Shown piece after piece: positions 1 to 62,761 of a DNA stretch of 64,000 bases. This DNA comes from the human T2T-CHM13v2.0 reference genome, Homo sapiens: the NCBI RefSeq assembly GCF_009914755.1, contig NC_060929.1, one strand, 5' to 3'. How positions within the stretch are numbered: position 1 is the stretch's first letter; every line of letters begins with the position of its first letter. A program made the position numbers and the translations under genes. The notes under the pieces were generated by a model. That model ran no database searches and was not told the DNA's origin. It was given only the letters and a program-made list of their open reading frames with translations.

Positions 1-209
1 AAAGAATTCTGAATGTCTTGTCATCAAGGATGGTAAAAAATTATACCCGCTGGCCCTTTATCTCTGTGAGCCTTAACTGGATCAGGCCAAGTGCATAAGG
101 GTATTAGAAGGGAAATTCCTGCAGGAAAGGTGTTAAGTTTTTTTTTTTTTTTATACGTGTTGTGTAATTACACATTATATAGGAATTACTTCTTCCAATA
201 GCAAATTAA

Positions 210-1230
<1,021 letters not shown>

Positions 1231-1404
1231 TCCTACTCTTTTTTAAATGCATTTATACACATACATGCATATCTGAGGAAAACACAACATTGCTTTGTGA
1301 TTTAAAATATTTGAGTTAAATGATATTATGCTGTATATATCATTTTTGCAACTTGCTTCTTTTTAAACCCTGCTCAGTGTTTCTGAGATTATCTTTCAGA
1401 GCAG

Positions 1405-1851
1405 TGACAAGCATTCCCTCCTTGGCTAAACTTTAGTCAGGTTCCCCAAAGAGTCCCATTTTTCAGCAGGACTCATCCGTGGCCTGCTGAGCACAGTTTT
1501 AACAAAGAAATCAACCACCGCTCCACCCCCATACCTAACCAAGTTGCTTTTAGTAATTTTCTATAAATTCTCACTTGTCCCTGTTGTATTCAGAATTAAG
1601 TTCAGTCTCTCTACTCTATTACAATGGTCTTGACTCTTGTTACAGTAGTCTTCAATAAAGTCTTCCTTGGGGAGAAGAGGAACTTGATTAGATATCAAGT
1701 TGGATTGGATATCAAGAGTGGGAAAACTTTCTGTGAACTGACTTAGGATTCCTTTTTAAAACTGAGGTCGGCAGGCCAAGGAAGAGCCCTAGTCAGAAGA
1801 GAGCTTTAAAGGAGTCTGACTTTAATTTGATCAAGAGAGGAGTCTTTGTTA
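1405..1851. mobile_element. Two oppositely oriented MER31-like ERV1 LTR fragments
   Basis: Both ends read like the recalled MER31 start TGACAAAGACTCTCTCCTTGACCAAACTTTAGTCAGG: + from 1405, - from 1851. Confidence 0.55.
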
Positions 1852-1967
1852 GTGTACCAATTAAAATAATCTCTTGTACCATTAGTGCTGTCTTTCCCTC
1901 TTTGGGAAACACCATCATAGTTTAGTCAGTCTCCAGCTAATAAACGCTTAGTCTGTTTCAGACTGAT

Positions 1968-2985
<1,018 letters not shown>

Positions 2986-3110
2986 CAGTGTCATATCTTT
3001 GTTTTAATTTGTATTTCCCTGATTTCTGTTAATTTAATCATGATTTTTACTTGTTCCTTTTTCATTTCTTATTGAGTCCTAATATTTAAAATCTTTGCCT
3101 TTTCTTCTAG

Positions 3111-13725
<10,615 letters not shown>

Positions 13726-13854
13726 TCACTAGTTACAACCAGAGATGCTCCACAAGGATATGCTCCCCACTGTTTTCTTTCTACAATTTCCAAAGGTTGC
13801 AAGATGTTTTTTTGTGGATGAATATAAAATTTTATTGTGTAATTACTTGGTTCC

Positions 13855-13860
13855 ATTAAA
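13855..13860 (+). terminator. IK polyadenylation signal (ATTAAA)
   Basis: ATTAAA ~130 nt after the stop codon, followed by a T/GT-rich stretch. Confidence 0.7.
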
Positions 13861-14935
13861 ATTGGTTAACTTGCTATTTTCTTTGTTGAGCATGTCCCCT
13901 CCAGTGCCCTTGAAGCACCAAGAACACTAATTCCACTGGTTGTGTAAAATCACATGCAGAAAGTCATCAGTCCTTTCCTGAGCTGTGGTTCTAGATTCCT
14001 AGACAGTAAGGATGCTCTCTAGCCAGTGTGCCCAGTAGAGAAGAGAATAATGATCCTCACTGATGGGCAAGAGGTGGATAGAGGAATGTAAGTATGATTG
14101 GTCTCAAATGTCAGACTCATTCCGGCCCATCTTCAGGCCTAGTCCCTGGGGAAAGATTTCCTGGGGATTGCTGTCAGCCTGATGGGCTGCTAATCTGATC
14201 TCCAGGCTATGAAGGACTGGGCTCTGGATGAAGGCATCTAATGAAAATCACTTATGGGTGGGAACCAAAACCTTTTATGAGTTTATGTACTATGAGCTTT
14301 ATTAATGTTGAGTACAAATCACTGTCTCCTTGGCTAAAGGTGTAACCTTAGGGAAGTGCTTTGGGTTTAGAGCTGATATAGTGTGGCCCTGCAGGTACAG
14401 GAATTCCTATCCTAGACCAGAAGGGTTTGGTGCCCTTCATCACCCTGAAACATTTGCCAAGGCCCAGAATAGGTCTGTTGACCTTTGAATCACACCATTC
14501 CCTTCCCTTTTCTTCCCTTCTGCTCATTACCAGCACTTTGGCCTGGTGCTCATCATTAGGTGTCACTACTGCTTCCTGGCTGGATGCCACGCTGCCACTG
14601 TCTACCCTGAGCCCAAGATTTGTGGCCTCACCAGATCCAAGAAAGCTAGAAAGTCACCTTAGCCATTACCTTGTCTTTGATTATATTCACCTTGGTAGGA
14701 CAGGTTTTTGTGAGGAAGCCAGTATTGTGCATGGCATGTAAGAGGCTGAAATTGGGCCTTGCTGCAATAGCACCTAGAATGGCTAATTTCAGACAAATGA
14801 CACCATGGTTCTATGGATGTAGGTAGGCAGTCCCAATTATTAAAAATGGTCACAGAGACATGGCACAGGTGAAGACATCTGGAGAGTCACTAAAAGCAAG
14901 ACCTGGAGATTGTGGGTTTGAAATTCAGTTTCTGA

Positions 14936-15705
<770 letters not shown>

Positions 15706-16308
15706 TTCTTGGTAACTGAGCACTGCTTGTCCAGCCCATTGAGTTTCTGTAGACAAATTGTAGGAACTGGCACAGCAAACTGGCCACAAAGACGTTAGGG
15801 GCGTGGACACCAGCTGCTTGAGCTGCCTGCTGTCCCAGACTCCCGTATGTCATCGCGCAGCGTGGGATTTTGCGGCTTCCTGACAGCCCAGGCTGTCGCT
15901 TGACTTGATCTTGGGTTTCACCAAGCCACGAAGGACTAGCGTCCCTCTCTCCTATCCCAAGGGCATTAAGCCTGTCTGGATGAAGTAGGAGAGGAAAGAT
16001 TTACACGCAGTTCTCAACTTTACGTGACGTGACTAGGGAGGGAATTGACGGTCGCACCGTCTACCTAGCCCAAACGGGGTCACAGCAGGACAAGGAAGTA
16101 GCAGATCTCCCAGATGCGGTCTCTTCGCTCCGCTCCACCCGCACCAGCAGCGGCCCACCCACCTCTCCTGTAAGAGGAAGAACGTCCCGGAGACACTTCC
16201 GGCCCCGCCCCCCGAGGCGGAAGCGGAGTGCCAGGCTACTCCTCCCGCAGTGTGGGTGGTTCCGAGGCTGACTACCCTGCGGCGGCGCGGCTCGCAGTCC
16301 TTCTCAGC

Positions 16309-21051
<4,743 letters not shown>

Positions 21052-21135
21052 AGGAATGAATTGAATCTTGAGACGGGTCCTCACCAGGCAAGAGTCTTGC
21101 TTATTGGGCTGCATCCCCAGAGAGGATATGAATTA

Positions 21136-22106
<971 letters not shown>

Positions 22107-22207
22107 TGAGGAAGTACTTGCCCCGTAGCAGCTATTCACTCTACCAGTGTAAACAAACTCTAAGCTAGGGCAAGACAGCACAGACACAAGTATATACTAA
22201 CCAGGGG

Positions 22208-22213
22208 TTTAAT
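22208..22213 (-). terminator. DND1 polyadenylation signal (ATTAAA on minus strand)
   Basis: TTTAAT on + at 22208-22213, ~480 nt past the DND1 stop and at the end of a U-rich 3'UTR. Confidence 0.65.
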
Positions 22214-22331
22214 ATAAATACAACCAGCATAGAAAGACCCAAAACTATACAGAAACCAAAACCAGAATGCCATGTGGTGGAGGCAAAGGGCAGAATTTCT
22301 GACCCCTTTGGCTCAGCTGCCCTTCCCCACA

Positions 22332-22369
22332 AATAAAAACCAACAAAGAGGACAAATCAGGACAATAAA
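22332..22369 (+). terminator. Candidate WDR55 polyadenylation signals
   Basis: AATAAA at 22332-22337 and 22364-22369, the first canonical hexamers I see after the WDR55 stop. Confidence 0.55.
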
Positions 22370-22689
22370 GAAGATTCATGCTAAGCTGTGGCAGAGGGGG
22401 GAAGGTATGATCGGGTGGGGGTGGGACAAGGAACGGCCATGGAAGATCACTGGGTCAGGTTGGACCCTGGGCTGGGAGCGGGAGGGCAAGGCCCCTCACC
22501 ACAACTTAACCCAAACCTAAGCTGCCCCCAGGTGCCATAGGTCCCTGTCCCAGCAGGGAGGCTGATGGGCCTGGGCCCATGCCCCTCCCCACCTTTGGGG
22601 GTCAGAAAGTGGCCACCCAGGCCTGCTGGGATGGGGCCTGACACAGGCTCTGCATGCCCATTCAGGGTGCCTGTGGAGAAAGAATGGAG

Positions 22690-24939
22690 TCACTGTTTAA
22701 CCATGGTACCTGCCTCAGCCCCAGCAGACCACAGGAGGTTGGCCCCAGACTCACTGAGTGCCTGCAGCAGCCGTACAGACACAGCATCCTTGGCCACCTC
22801 ATGCCCATCCCGGCCATCTAGGGTCAGCACAACCCAGATGAGGCCGCTGAAGGGCACCGGATGCCCAGGAATCACCACCTGGTACCAGAAGCGGTGCCAG
22901 CCAGCAGGTCCTATGCCCAAACACTTGGTGAGGAACACAGGGCTGCCCAGCTTCATTCGTTGGCACAGCAACTGCAGGGTAGCCCGAGCCCCTTGGAACC
23001 CTAACTTGTCCCTTGCCAAAGCCAACTGGCTGCCCTCTGGCTGTGGGGACCGCAAGAAGGGACCCACAAGCTGCTGGCGAAGTCGCTGCTTCAGGTCTGG
23101 CTTGAGCCACTCCACAGCCACCTGCTCTCCACAGAGGTGTGACTGCCCTGTAGGAAAAATGCAAAGACAAGGGCAGGTCTAAACCCTGGGCCCAAGCCTC
23201 CAGGTGGTGAGCCCTTTGGAGCTACACAGTCCTGTTATTTGTAGCCTTCCCATTTCCTGGTAGTGTGACCATGGGTAAGAAAAGACAATGAAGCCTTCAG
23301 CCTCCATTATTTGCAAAGGGAGTATAACACACTGCTACCTTACAAGTTTCCTTGGAGAAGTACTGGTTAATTGCAGGCTTTGTCTGCCTCATAACCATCA
23401 TAATGGCTAATCTTTACTGGGAAAACTTGCTGTAAGTCAGTCAGTGTGCTAAGTACCGTACACCCATTATGTTACTTAATTCTCATAACAGTCTGAGGAA
23501 ACAGATTCTATAGTAGTAAAAAGCTCAGTTGGATTCCCTTGAGCAAATCAATTTCTCTAACAGTTTCCTCATAGCTTGAGGGTCCTGTGCCTATTTTGCG
23601 GTGTGGGGGTGGGGGAAGGTTGAGAATTAAGTCAGGAGGTAATGCTCGGGAAGTGTCACAAATTTAGGTAAGCGGTGGTGGTAGCACCATTGGAAGTTTT
23701 AAAAATCTGAGATCAAATAGTAAAAGGTTGCAAATTCTGGCATGTTTGACTCTAAGATCTTGTAACTTTAACAGCTATGCTCAGTATAAAGTGCTGGGCA
23801 GAACGCGTTTGGCCCCAACCAGCACCCCCGCCCCAGCCTACCTTCCACCAGGGCCTTTTTGGCCATGGCAGCGGCCCGGTGCGAGCTGAATTTGAGCAGA
23901 GCGATCTGCCCGGGCGCCGGTCCGGGGCTGGGCAGCAGCCGCGCCTCCTGCAAGCCGGGACCCAGCGGCTGCAGCGCGAGCAGCAGCGCGCTGCGGGTCA
24001 GATTCGGCGGCAGGCCGTCAACGCTCAGCTCACACTTCTCGGTGCTGCGGCACACGAGCAGCGGGCAGGACGGCCGCAGCGGGTGGTTGTGCAGCGTGGC
24101 GATGGCGGCCTGCGCGCCGCGCCTCGAGCTGTAGCGGGCATAGGCGAAGCCGCGGTTCAGGCCGCTGAAGGTCATCATCAGGCGGAACTCGTAGAGGCGG
24201 CCCACGCGCTGGAACAGCGGGATAAGCTGGTGCTCGTACACGTCCTGAGGCAGCCGCCCGATGAACACCTCTGACCCAGCTGGCGGCGGGCTGCCCACCC
24301 AGCCTGTGGGAAGAGGGTATGCAAGGCCACCGTCAGGCGACGCTTTCGAATTCTGAGCCCACGGACCCAGCGCGCGGGGGTGGGAGGCGATGTGAACAAA
24401 GGTCTGTGAAATGGGTTTACACCCGTACCCTGGGTGGTTGGCATAATTAGGTGACTGCGCTAACAAGGGGGCTGGCACAGAGTAGGTACACCTTGAGATT
24501 GGCCCCCTCCCTCGACGGGGCGGGTGGACGTGGAGCCACAGTTCCTCCTTTGCTGGGGGGTATAAATCCGGGTAGTTCGCAGTTTCTGACAGTGAAGGCT
24601 CGGAGCAGCCCCTCCCCCAAAGGGGGCTGGTGTAGCCGGACAGGCGGAGGGGCTGGGACTACCGTACCTGGGGGTGGCCCGCCATACTTCCTCTGCCCGT
24701 TCACCTGCACCAGGCGGATGCCTGTCTCCCTGACCCACGCCTCCAGCGCCGCCTTGTTCTCTGGATTCACCCTCTCACACCACAGCTGAGAGGGAAAGGA
24801 AGGTTGGAATGGCGGATCGCCAAGCGCGCCCCCACCTCTCCTGTGGTACTGGGGTCCCTAAAGCCGACCCCCGCTCCGGCGGGGCTCGCCGGCCCCCAAG
24901 TCGCCAGCCGCTTACCTCACAATCCCGCTTGGACTGCAT
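22690..24939 (-). CDS. DND1: Dead end protein homolog 1 (germ-cell RNA-binding protein, 2 RRM + dsRBD-like), 4 exons, 353 aa
   Basis: Exons 24939-24916, 24785-24668, 24303-23842, 23147-22690 total 1062 nt; [19 protein letters not shown]..., RNP motifs VFIGRL and RGFAYARY. Confidence 0.97.
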
Positions 24940-25200
24940 GGCTCTCCAGCTGGCCCCCTCGTACCCTCTTTATAACTTCCTCCCCACCGGCCTCTGGAAG
25001 CTTCCCTACCCCTCCACCCCGCAAGCTCTCATTGGCTCTGAGCGCGACCCCGCCTCCCAGGGGGGTGGAGGTATCCACTGCACGTGCGCCGCCCGGGCTT
25101 CGCTCAGACCTTCAGGTGAAAGCTGCAAAGTCGCGGGTGCGTATGTACGGGGGCTGCCTCCCCAGGAGGAGCTCCCAAGCCGCAGGGTGGACGCTGGAGA
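23800..25200. promoter_or_regulatory. CpG island over DND1 exons 1-3 and promoter
   Basis: High CpG density; minus-strand TATAAA (24969-24974) and CCAAT (25032-25036); E-box CACGTG at 25081-25086. Confidence 0.75.
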
Positions 25201-25317
25201 CAAGAACCTCAGGGTCACAAGTTTACTGTTTTTCTCCCTTTTCCATCCCTACATTGGTCTGCTGGGGAAGGCGGGGCTAGGCATCACTGACACACGCAGA
25301 CTCCGTGGTTGAGGCAT

Positions 25318-25323
25318 TTTATT
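25318..25323 (-). terminator. HARS1 polyadenylation signal (AATAAA on minus strand)
   Basis: TTTATT on +, ~330 nt past the HARS1 stop; GT-rich element (GCGTGTGTC on minus) downstream. Confidence 0.75.
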
Positions 25324-25653
25324 GGACCTTTGGCAATTGGTGGTGGGGAGGCATCTGCTCCAACTGGTGCGGGGCCCTGCAGATGGGACCATCTCAGGCT
25401 GGGTCCTTGTAGCCCAGGAGCACAGACTGGACTAAGCCTCCTGGGCCTTGTATGAAAAAGGTGTTGTACCTGGCCGTTTTTGCCAGTAATAATCAATAAA
25501 ATAACCATAATAAAAATCAAAGGCTCTGTTCTGACCACTCTTCAGGTCTTCCGCTGAAACGGAAAAGTGCAAAGCAATTGAAGTACATATGCAGTTTGTC
25601 TTAACCTCAAATAGTGCCAGTCCCACTTCCTTTCCTCTGATAGTTTGTTCAGT

Positions 25654-49948
<24,295 letters not shown>

Positions 49949-50683
49949 TCCTTGCCTGATTCCCATCTGCTGCTCTTTGTAGAAAAGGTTTCCTCTAGAA
50001 CTGAATTCCTCTGGAATTGAGTGATGGACTTCACAACAACTAGCCAGGAAGGGTGACAAGTACCTTCTGCCTCCTCCATTCTTCCTGGGTGCAGAACTGT
50101 AGAAGACCCTGAGGACTCCTGGGCTAGTGTGAGCAGCTATTCTGCATGGGTGCAGATGGCTGGATGTGAAAGAGACATGCTCTAGCTGCAGAGGCAAATT
50201 TGAAGTGCCACGGAACGTTGTCAAGAGGTAGTGAGATTGTTGCTGTGAGCAAGGCTCTGGGAGAGTCACCTCAGGCTCAGGATTCTGAACCATTGAGATC
50301 AGAAACCAGATACTTAGCCTTCTACTGTAGCTACGGAACCAGATTCTGGTGAATTTGTCCACAATCAGCCATTGGCCTGTCTGGGGAGTTTTTGGAAGAC
50401 AGCAAAGAGGGGCAATGGCTGCTTTCAGCTTTGAGGACAGATGCTATCCTAAGGGCATGGCAGTACCCATGTTGATTTGACATCTCTCTAGCCCATCCAT
50501 TGCTTACAGTAGAAGAGTGGGGCTGTATGCTTGATAATCTTGAACATTGAACTTAATAGATGACTTGACAAGGTAGAGATCTGATATTTTGAGATTTTGG
50601 AGACCATTTCCTGTGCCAGAATCACTGCTCTATTCCATACCGTGCCATGGAGGCTGTTTTAGAAGTGGTTGGATAACATGTTA

Positions 50684-50689
50684 AATAAA
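50684..50689 (+). terminator. HARS2 polyadenylation signal
   Basis: AATAAA ~735 nt after the stop, followed by GT/T-rich sequence. Confidence 0.75.
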
Positions 50690-50879
50690 ATATTAAGTGT
50701 AGTAGTTTGGGTAATTTGTTATTGTTATCAAGGGCTTTGTTTGCATAGACCATAGAAAATGCTTGAGTGTACATTGGAGAATTCTGTGAGGTAGAAGTAA
50801 CCTCCCTGGGATGATGCTTCTGTATTCAGTGATGAGCAGCCACAGTTTCTCCCTCTTTCCCCGTCTCCTCAAGAGGTAG

Positions 50880-51017
<138 letters not shown>

Positions 51018-51853
51018 TAATTTTTGTATTTTTAGTAGAGACAGGGTTTCACCATCTTGGCCAGGCTGGTCTCAAACTCCTGACCTCATAATCCACCCAC
51101 CTCAGCCTCCCAAAGTGCTGGGATTACAGGCATGAGCCACTGTGCCCGGCCAAGAGGTAGTTTTGTTGCTAAAAATCAACATATAGTGAGCCGGTATGCC
51201 ACAGTGCTTCACTCTAGAGTGTTGATGACTGGCCTTTCCAAATCCAATTATGCTGATTAAATTATGTTCTACTATAAAGTTCCCCAGATGATGGAAAAAT
51301 AAGTGAACCAAAGGGTGGTAGCATTGCTTCAAGGAAAAGAGCCCAAGTGCAAAACATGCTTTTTATATGTGCGTCGGGAAGGGTGCCTCTGTTGCAAACG
51401 TTTCAGTGTAGTTTAGGGTCATATCCCTAGTGCATGCAGGTGAATGAGAGGCATCTAGACCCCCTAATGGCGCTTCGGCCTTAAAAAAGGTTTAGAAATT
51501 CTTGGCAGTGGACGCAAAGTTGCTAGACTAGATCAGAGACCACTGTTTTGCGAACCTCAGTTTCCTTGTTTGTAAAATAGTTGAACTAAATCTTGACCCT
51601 TTAATGCTTGTTTTGAAATCCAAGGCAAAAAACAATTGCAAGCGCCCTTACTTCCGTGTTGCTTCATACTCCTCTTGCGCCTGCGCTGTCTCCTTGGAGC
51701 AGAGGCGGGGCCAACAAGCCTGTTTTAGAAACCCTCCAGTCCTTAGCTCGTTTAGAACACAAGACTCCAAGCTTATTGGAGGGCTATCTTGCCTTACGGC
51801 TCCAAGCCGCTTTTTACGGCGTTTTTCAGCTCGCCATTCACTTCGCTGTGAAG

Positions 51854-57150
<5,297 letters not shown>

Positions 57151-57403
57151 GGCTTTCTGTGCTTGGCCTGACTTTGGCCTATGCTGGACCTAACTTTGCG
57201 TGTGTGTGTGTGTAGTAGGGGGTCATTTCTTTTTGGGTAATGGGAAAGTTCTTAAGAGTGTCAATGGGGAGGGATAGAGGGTGGGGGCTCATGGTTTCCC
57301 TCTACTTTGGGAGAGGGCACAGATTGCAGAGGTAATGCTGTGGCATATTGCTTCTGCCTCAGTGTATCACTGGAGTCACAGGACCCTGCCCACCTGAGTT
57401 CCC

Positions 57404-58034
57404 AATAAAGAAAAACCTCCCCTTCTGAGGCTGCTTTCCCAAAACTCCCCCTGCATCTTTATCTCTTCATCTATCCCACCTCTTGTCTGAACATCCCACC
57501 TTTATCCTGTGTTCTGCCTTTGTTTTAATTTTAACTCATGTTCATCCTGCAACAGAAGCATTCTCTAGGTCCCAGTTTCCAGTTGATTGCATATCCTTGA
57601 TCAGCCCTTTTTCCCATCCTGCCCTATGGTTCTCTAGCCACCTGTGCATGCATGTGTATTTCTGCCTGGTTCTATGGTGTGTGGATGTGTGTGCATGAAT
57701 CTGTCATATAGAGGGGGTCCGAGCTGGAATCCTAGAGCATTGCTGCCCTGGGGCCTGATGTTCTTGGCTTCCTCAGAGCATGTAACAGGAAATTAAATGG
57801 GATGAGTGTTTGGTGTGGTTTGTGTCTGATGAGTTTTTTAACATTCAGGTGTAGATTGTTTCAGCTTCTCTTGTTTCATTTTCCTGAAGATTTATGTTTT
57901 TGTCTACCTTGTGAGCAGGCTTTTGGAAGAACCTGTTTGATGCAAAAAAGAAAATGAAAAACAAAACAAAAAATCCCCAAAACCTTATTATGGGAGCCCT
58001 TCGGTCTTAGAAGCTGTTTGACATGTATAATAAA
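57404..58034 (+). terminator. Two alternative ZMAT2 polyadenylation signals
   Basis: AATAAA at 57404-57409 and 58029-58034; the distal one is preceded by TGTA. Confidence 0.6.
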
Positions 58035-58596
58035 TGGCATTGACTGGGCCTGTTTTACATTTGGTGAGAACATTCCATAATCTTCCCTGTGAATATTTGT
58101 TTTTCCTTCTCATGCTGAGGATTTCCATATAGAGTATTTTATTCTTCCATTTTAAATCTTATTTTTGCCTAGGTTTTTTTTAGCATGAGTTATGTTTTCG
58201 TCTGATAAGGGATCTATGTCCAGAGAAGTCTGAACCAAAACGATTCCTATCATTTCAGACTCCTTTGATCTTTTGTTTTTGGAACAGCAGAGCTCAGGAT
58301 TGAACATAATGTTTTTCTTTTTTCTTTTTTTTTTTTCTTTTTTTTGAGACAGTCTTGCTCTATCGCCCAGTCTGGAGTGCAGTGGCGTAATCTTGGCTCA
58401 CTGCAACCTCCGCCTCCTGGCTTCAAGTGGCTAATATTGTATTTTTAGTAGAGATGGGGTTTCACCATGTTGGCTAGGCTGGTCTCAAACTCCTGACCTC
58501 AGGTGATCCACCTGCCTCGGCCTCCCAAAGTGCTGGGATTACAGGCGTGAGCCACTGCACCTGGCCCTTAGTGTTTTTCTTACTGTCTGCTAGACA

Positions 58597-58830
58597 CAGG
58601 ATTACTTAATTTTGGCACTGTTGAGATTTTGGGCCAGATTATCATTTGTTGTAGAAACCAATGCTGGCATTGTAGGATGTTTATTATTTTGATTTTGATT
58701 TAGGATTAACTTCATCCCTGGACTCTACCTGCTAGATGCCAGTAGCACCCTCTTCCACAATTGTGACAACTAAAAATGTCTATGCCTCTGAGAAAGGCAA
58801 AATCCCTCCCTACCCACATTGAAAACCACT
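58597..58830 (-). mobile_element. MER20-like hAT element
   Basis: GGCACTGTTGAGATTTTGGGCCAGAT...TTGTGACAACTAAAAATGTCT...TTGAAAACCACT. Confidence 0.65.
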
Positions 58831-59295
58831 AAGAAGAAGCTAGCTGTCTTCCCTACCTTGGTCTGATTTGAGAATTAGATGGCACAGACTGGCAAACTCA
58901 AAACAGAAACTCACAAAACTTTGATATCCACTGGATCAAGTACTATGCCAAGTCAAGGGGATGCAGAAGAAAAAAATAGCCATACATACACGAAGAACTA
59001 CAGTCACATTAACTTCAAGCAGATGAAGCCTGTAACTTGCTGGTTCTATACCCTGAAAAAATGGACCTGTAAATGAATCTGTTTGGGTTAACAAGGCTGC
59101 CACCATATAGCTGGTTTTCATTCTCTGCCCCATCAAGCTCCTCAACTTTCTGTATTATCTGAACCACAAAGCACCATACACCTCCCTTTGGACTTTTGTA
59201 CAAAATTCCCTTACTGTAAGACATGCCCTTTGTCTAATTTCTGATGCTGAATCTTGCCACTGGGAACACTGAATGTATCTTCACCTATGGGCTGA

Positions 59296-59592
<297 letters not shown>

Positions 59593-59916
59593 TGAATAGC
59601 TGGGATTACAGGTGGCCGCCACTATCCCCAGCTAATTTTTTTGTATTTTTAGAAGAGATGGCGTTTCACCGTGTTGGCCAGCTGGTCTTGAACTCCTGAC
59701 CTCAAGTGATAGCCCTCCTCGGCCTCCCCAAGTGCTAGGATTACAGGCATGAGCCACCACCCCTGGCTTCATTCTTCAGGAAACCATCTAGTTCAATTTA
59801 GCTTCAAAGAATGTCTTTCCCTTTTTGGTACAGTGGGATCTTACCTCTGGTTGCATCTAAAAAGCAATTCTGAATTTAAGAATCTTTAAACTCTTGGGAC
59901 TGGTTAAGTGGTTTGA

Positions 59917-60282
<366 letters not shown>

Positions 60283-61047
60283 TGATCCGCCCGCCTCAGC
60301 CTCCCAAACTGCTGGGATTACAGGCGTTAGCCACCGCGCCCAGCCTCTTTCAGGTCTTACTAAAACCAATAGAAATGTTTGCATTCTGGTTGAGTAATAT
60401 CCACTTGACCAGTGCTTAGGTGAACATGCTGTAGGTACTGGTATTATCTTCTGGGGCAACGCATCAAAGTCCCAGATGTCATGGAATGTACATTCTGCTG
60501 GAATTGCCCTTCAGAGTACCTGGGGAACAAAAGATGATCCTTATTATTAAAGATGATCCTGTGGCTTCAGGCACCCTCAAGGCCTCTTGCATTTCCCCCA
60601 TAACTTTCTCCAAATATGTGTGCAGATTCTTTAATCCAGCATATATTCTAACAACATACTTGTGTATGTGTACATATATGTACCAAGATGTGTATTACTG
60701 CAGCTTTATCTTAGTGAAACTTAAAACTAGTACATTTATACTTGAATATAATGCAGCTGTTACAATACAAGTGAATTAGATTTATACGCAGTGATCAGAA
60801 GGATCTCCAAGACATGCTGTTAGGTAAACAATATCCAACAACTGGATTCCCAGCAAGCCAAGAAAAATTACGTTTTGTGTACAGTTAAATAAACAGATTG
60901 AGGAAAAGGACTGGAAGGATACACATTGAAATATAAACAGTGGTTAATTGGAGAAAAGTAGGAATTTAGGGAAGAAAGGTTAGCTGTTTACAGTATACAT
61001 AAAAGGAATAGATGTTCCTGCAGTATTAAAAATGGAAATAATTTTTA

Positions 61048-62182
<1,135 letters not shown>

Positions 62183-62570
62183 AGAGTAACAGGAAGTTTC
62201 ACTGGGCGGGGGTTGGAATGTTTATCTAGTTTAGCAGCGAAGTTCTAAGATAAGGTCTGAAATACAATTTACACCTTGTAAAGACTCCACTCCCCTGGCC
62301 CAAGCACTAGTTGTAAAAGTCGATTTGATCACGAAGTGACCCTGTGTGGTTGTTTTGGGAGCGCAGAGTCTGGAAGCGAAGGAGGTGGGGGCGTTTCGAG
62401 AGTTGTGGACCAGGTGACTGCTGAGAAGGAGACAGTAAACCGGGGACACACCTGCGGAAGAGCTCTTCAGGGATTAGGAAAGGCTACGTCCTTGTCACTG
62501 CTGTGTGTCCCCAGATGGACAACTCCTCAATTGTCTGGAGGTCGGGGGCGTGTTGGACAGTCCTGGTCGC

Positions 62571-62650
62571 TGAGTCATGCTGAAGCACTCTCTTTTTGAC
62601 TCACTCTTTGTGACGTAGGTCTTTCTCACCAGTCAATAAAATATAATCCG
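62571..62650 (+). promoter_or_regulatory. Upstream promoter elements of the vault RNA gene
   Basis: AP-1/TRE TGAGTCA (62571) and TGACTCA (62597), CRE-like TGACGTA (62611), AT-rich TATA-like AATAAAATATAA (62635-62646). Confidence 0.7.
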
Positions 62651-62663
62651 AAAGCAACCTCCG

Positions 62664-62761
62664 GGCTGGCTTTAGCTCAGCGGTTACTTCGACAGTTCTT
62701 TAATTGAAACAAGCAACCTGTCTGGGTTGTTCGAGACCCGCGGGCGCTCTCCAGTCCTTTT
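62664..62761 (+). ncRNA. VTRNA1-1: Vault RNA 1-1 (Pol III, 98 nt)
   Basis: GGCTGGCTTTAGCTCAGCGGTTACTTCGAC...GTTCGAGACCCGCGGGCGCTCTCCAGTCCTTTT; A box TAGCTCAGCGG, B box GTTCGAGAC, complementary 5'/3' ends, T4 terminator. Confidence 0.97.

Noticed and set aside
22565-24274. Long plus-strand ORFs 22565-23182 and 23777-24274
   Set aside because: Antisense shadows of GC-rich DND1 exons with no recognisable domain.
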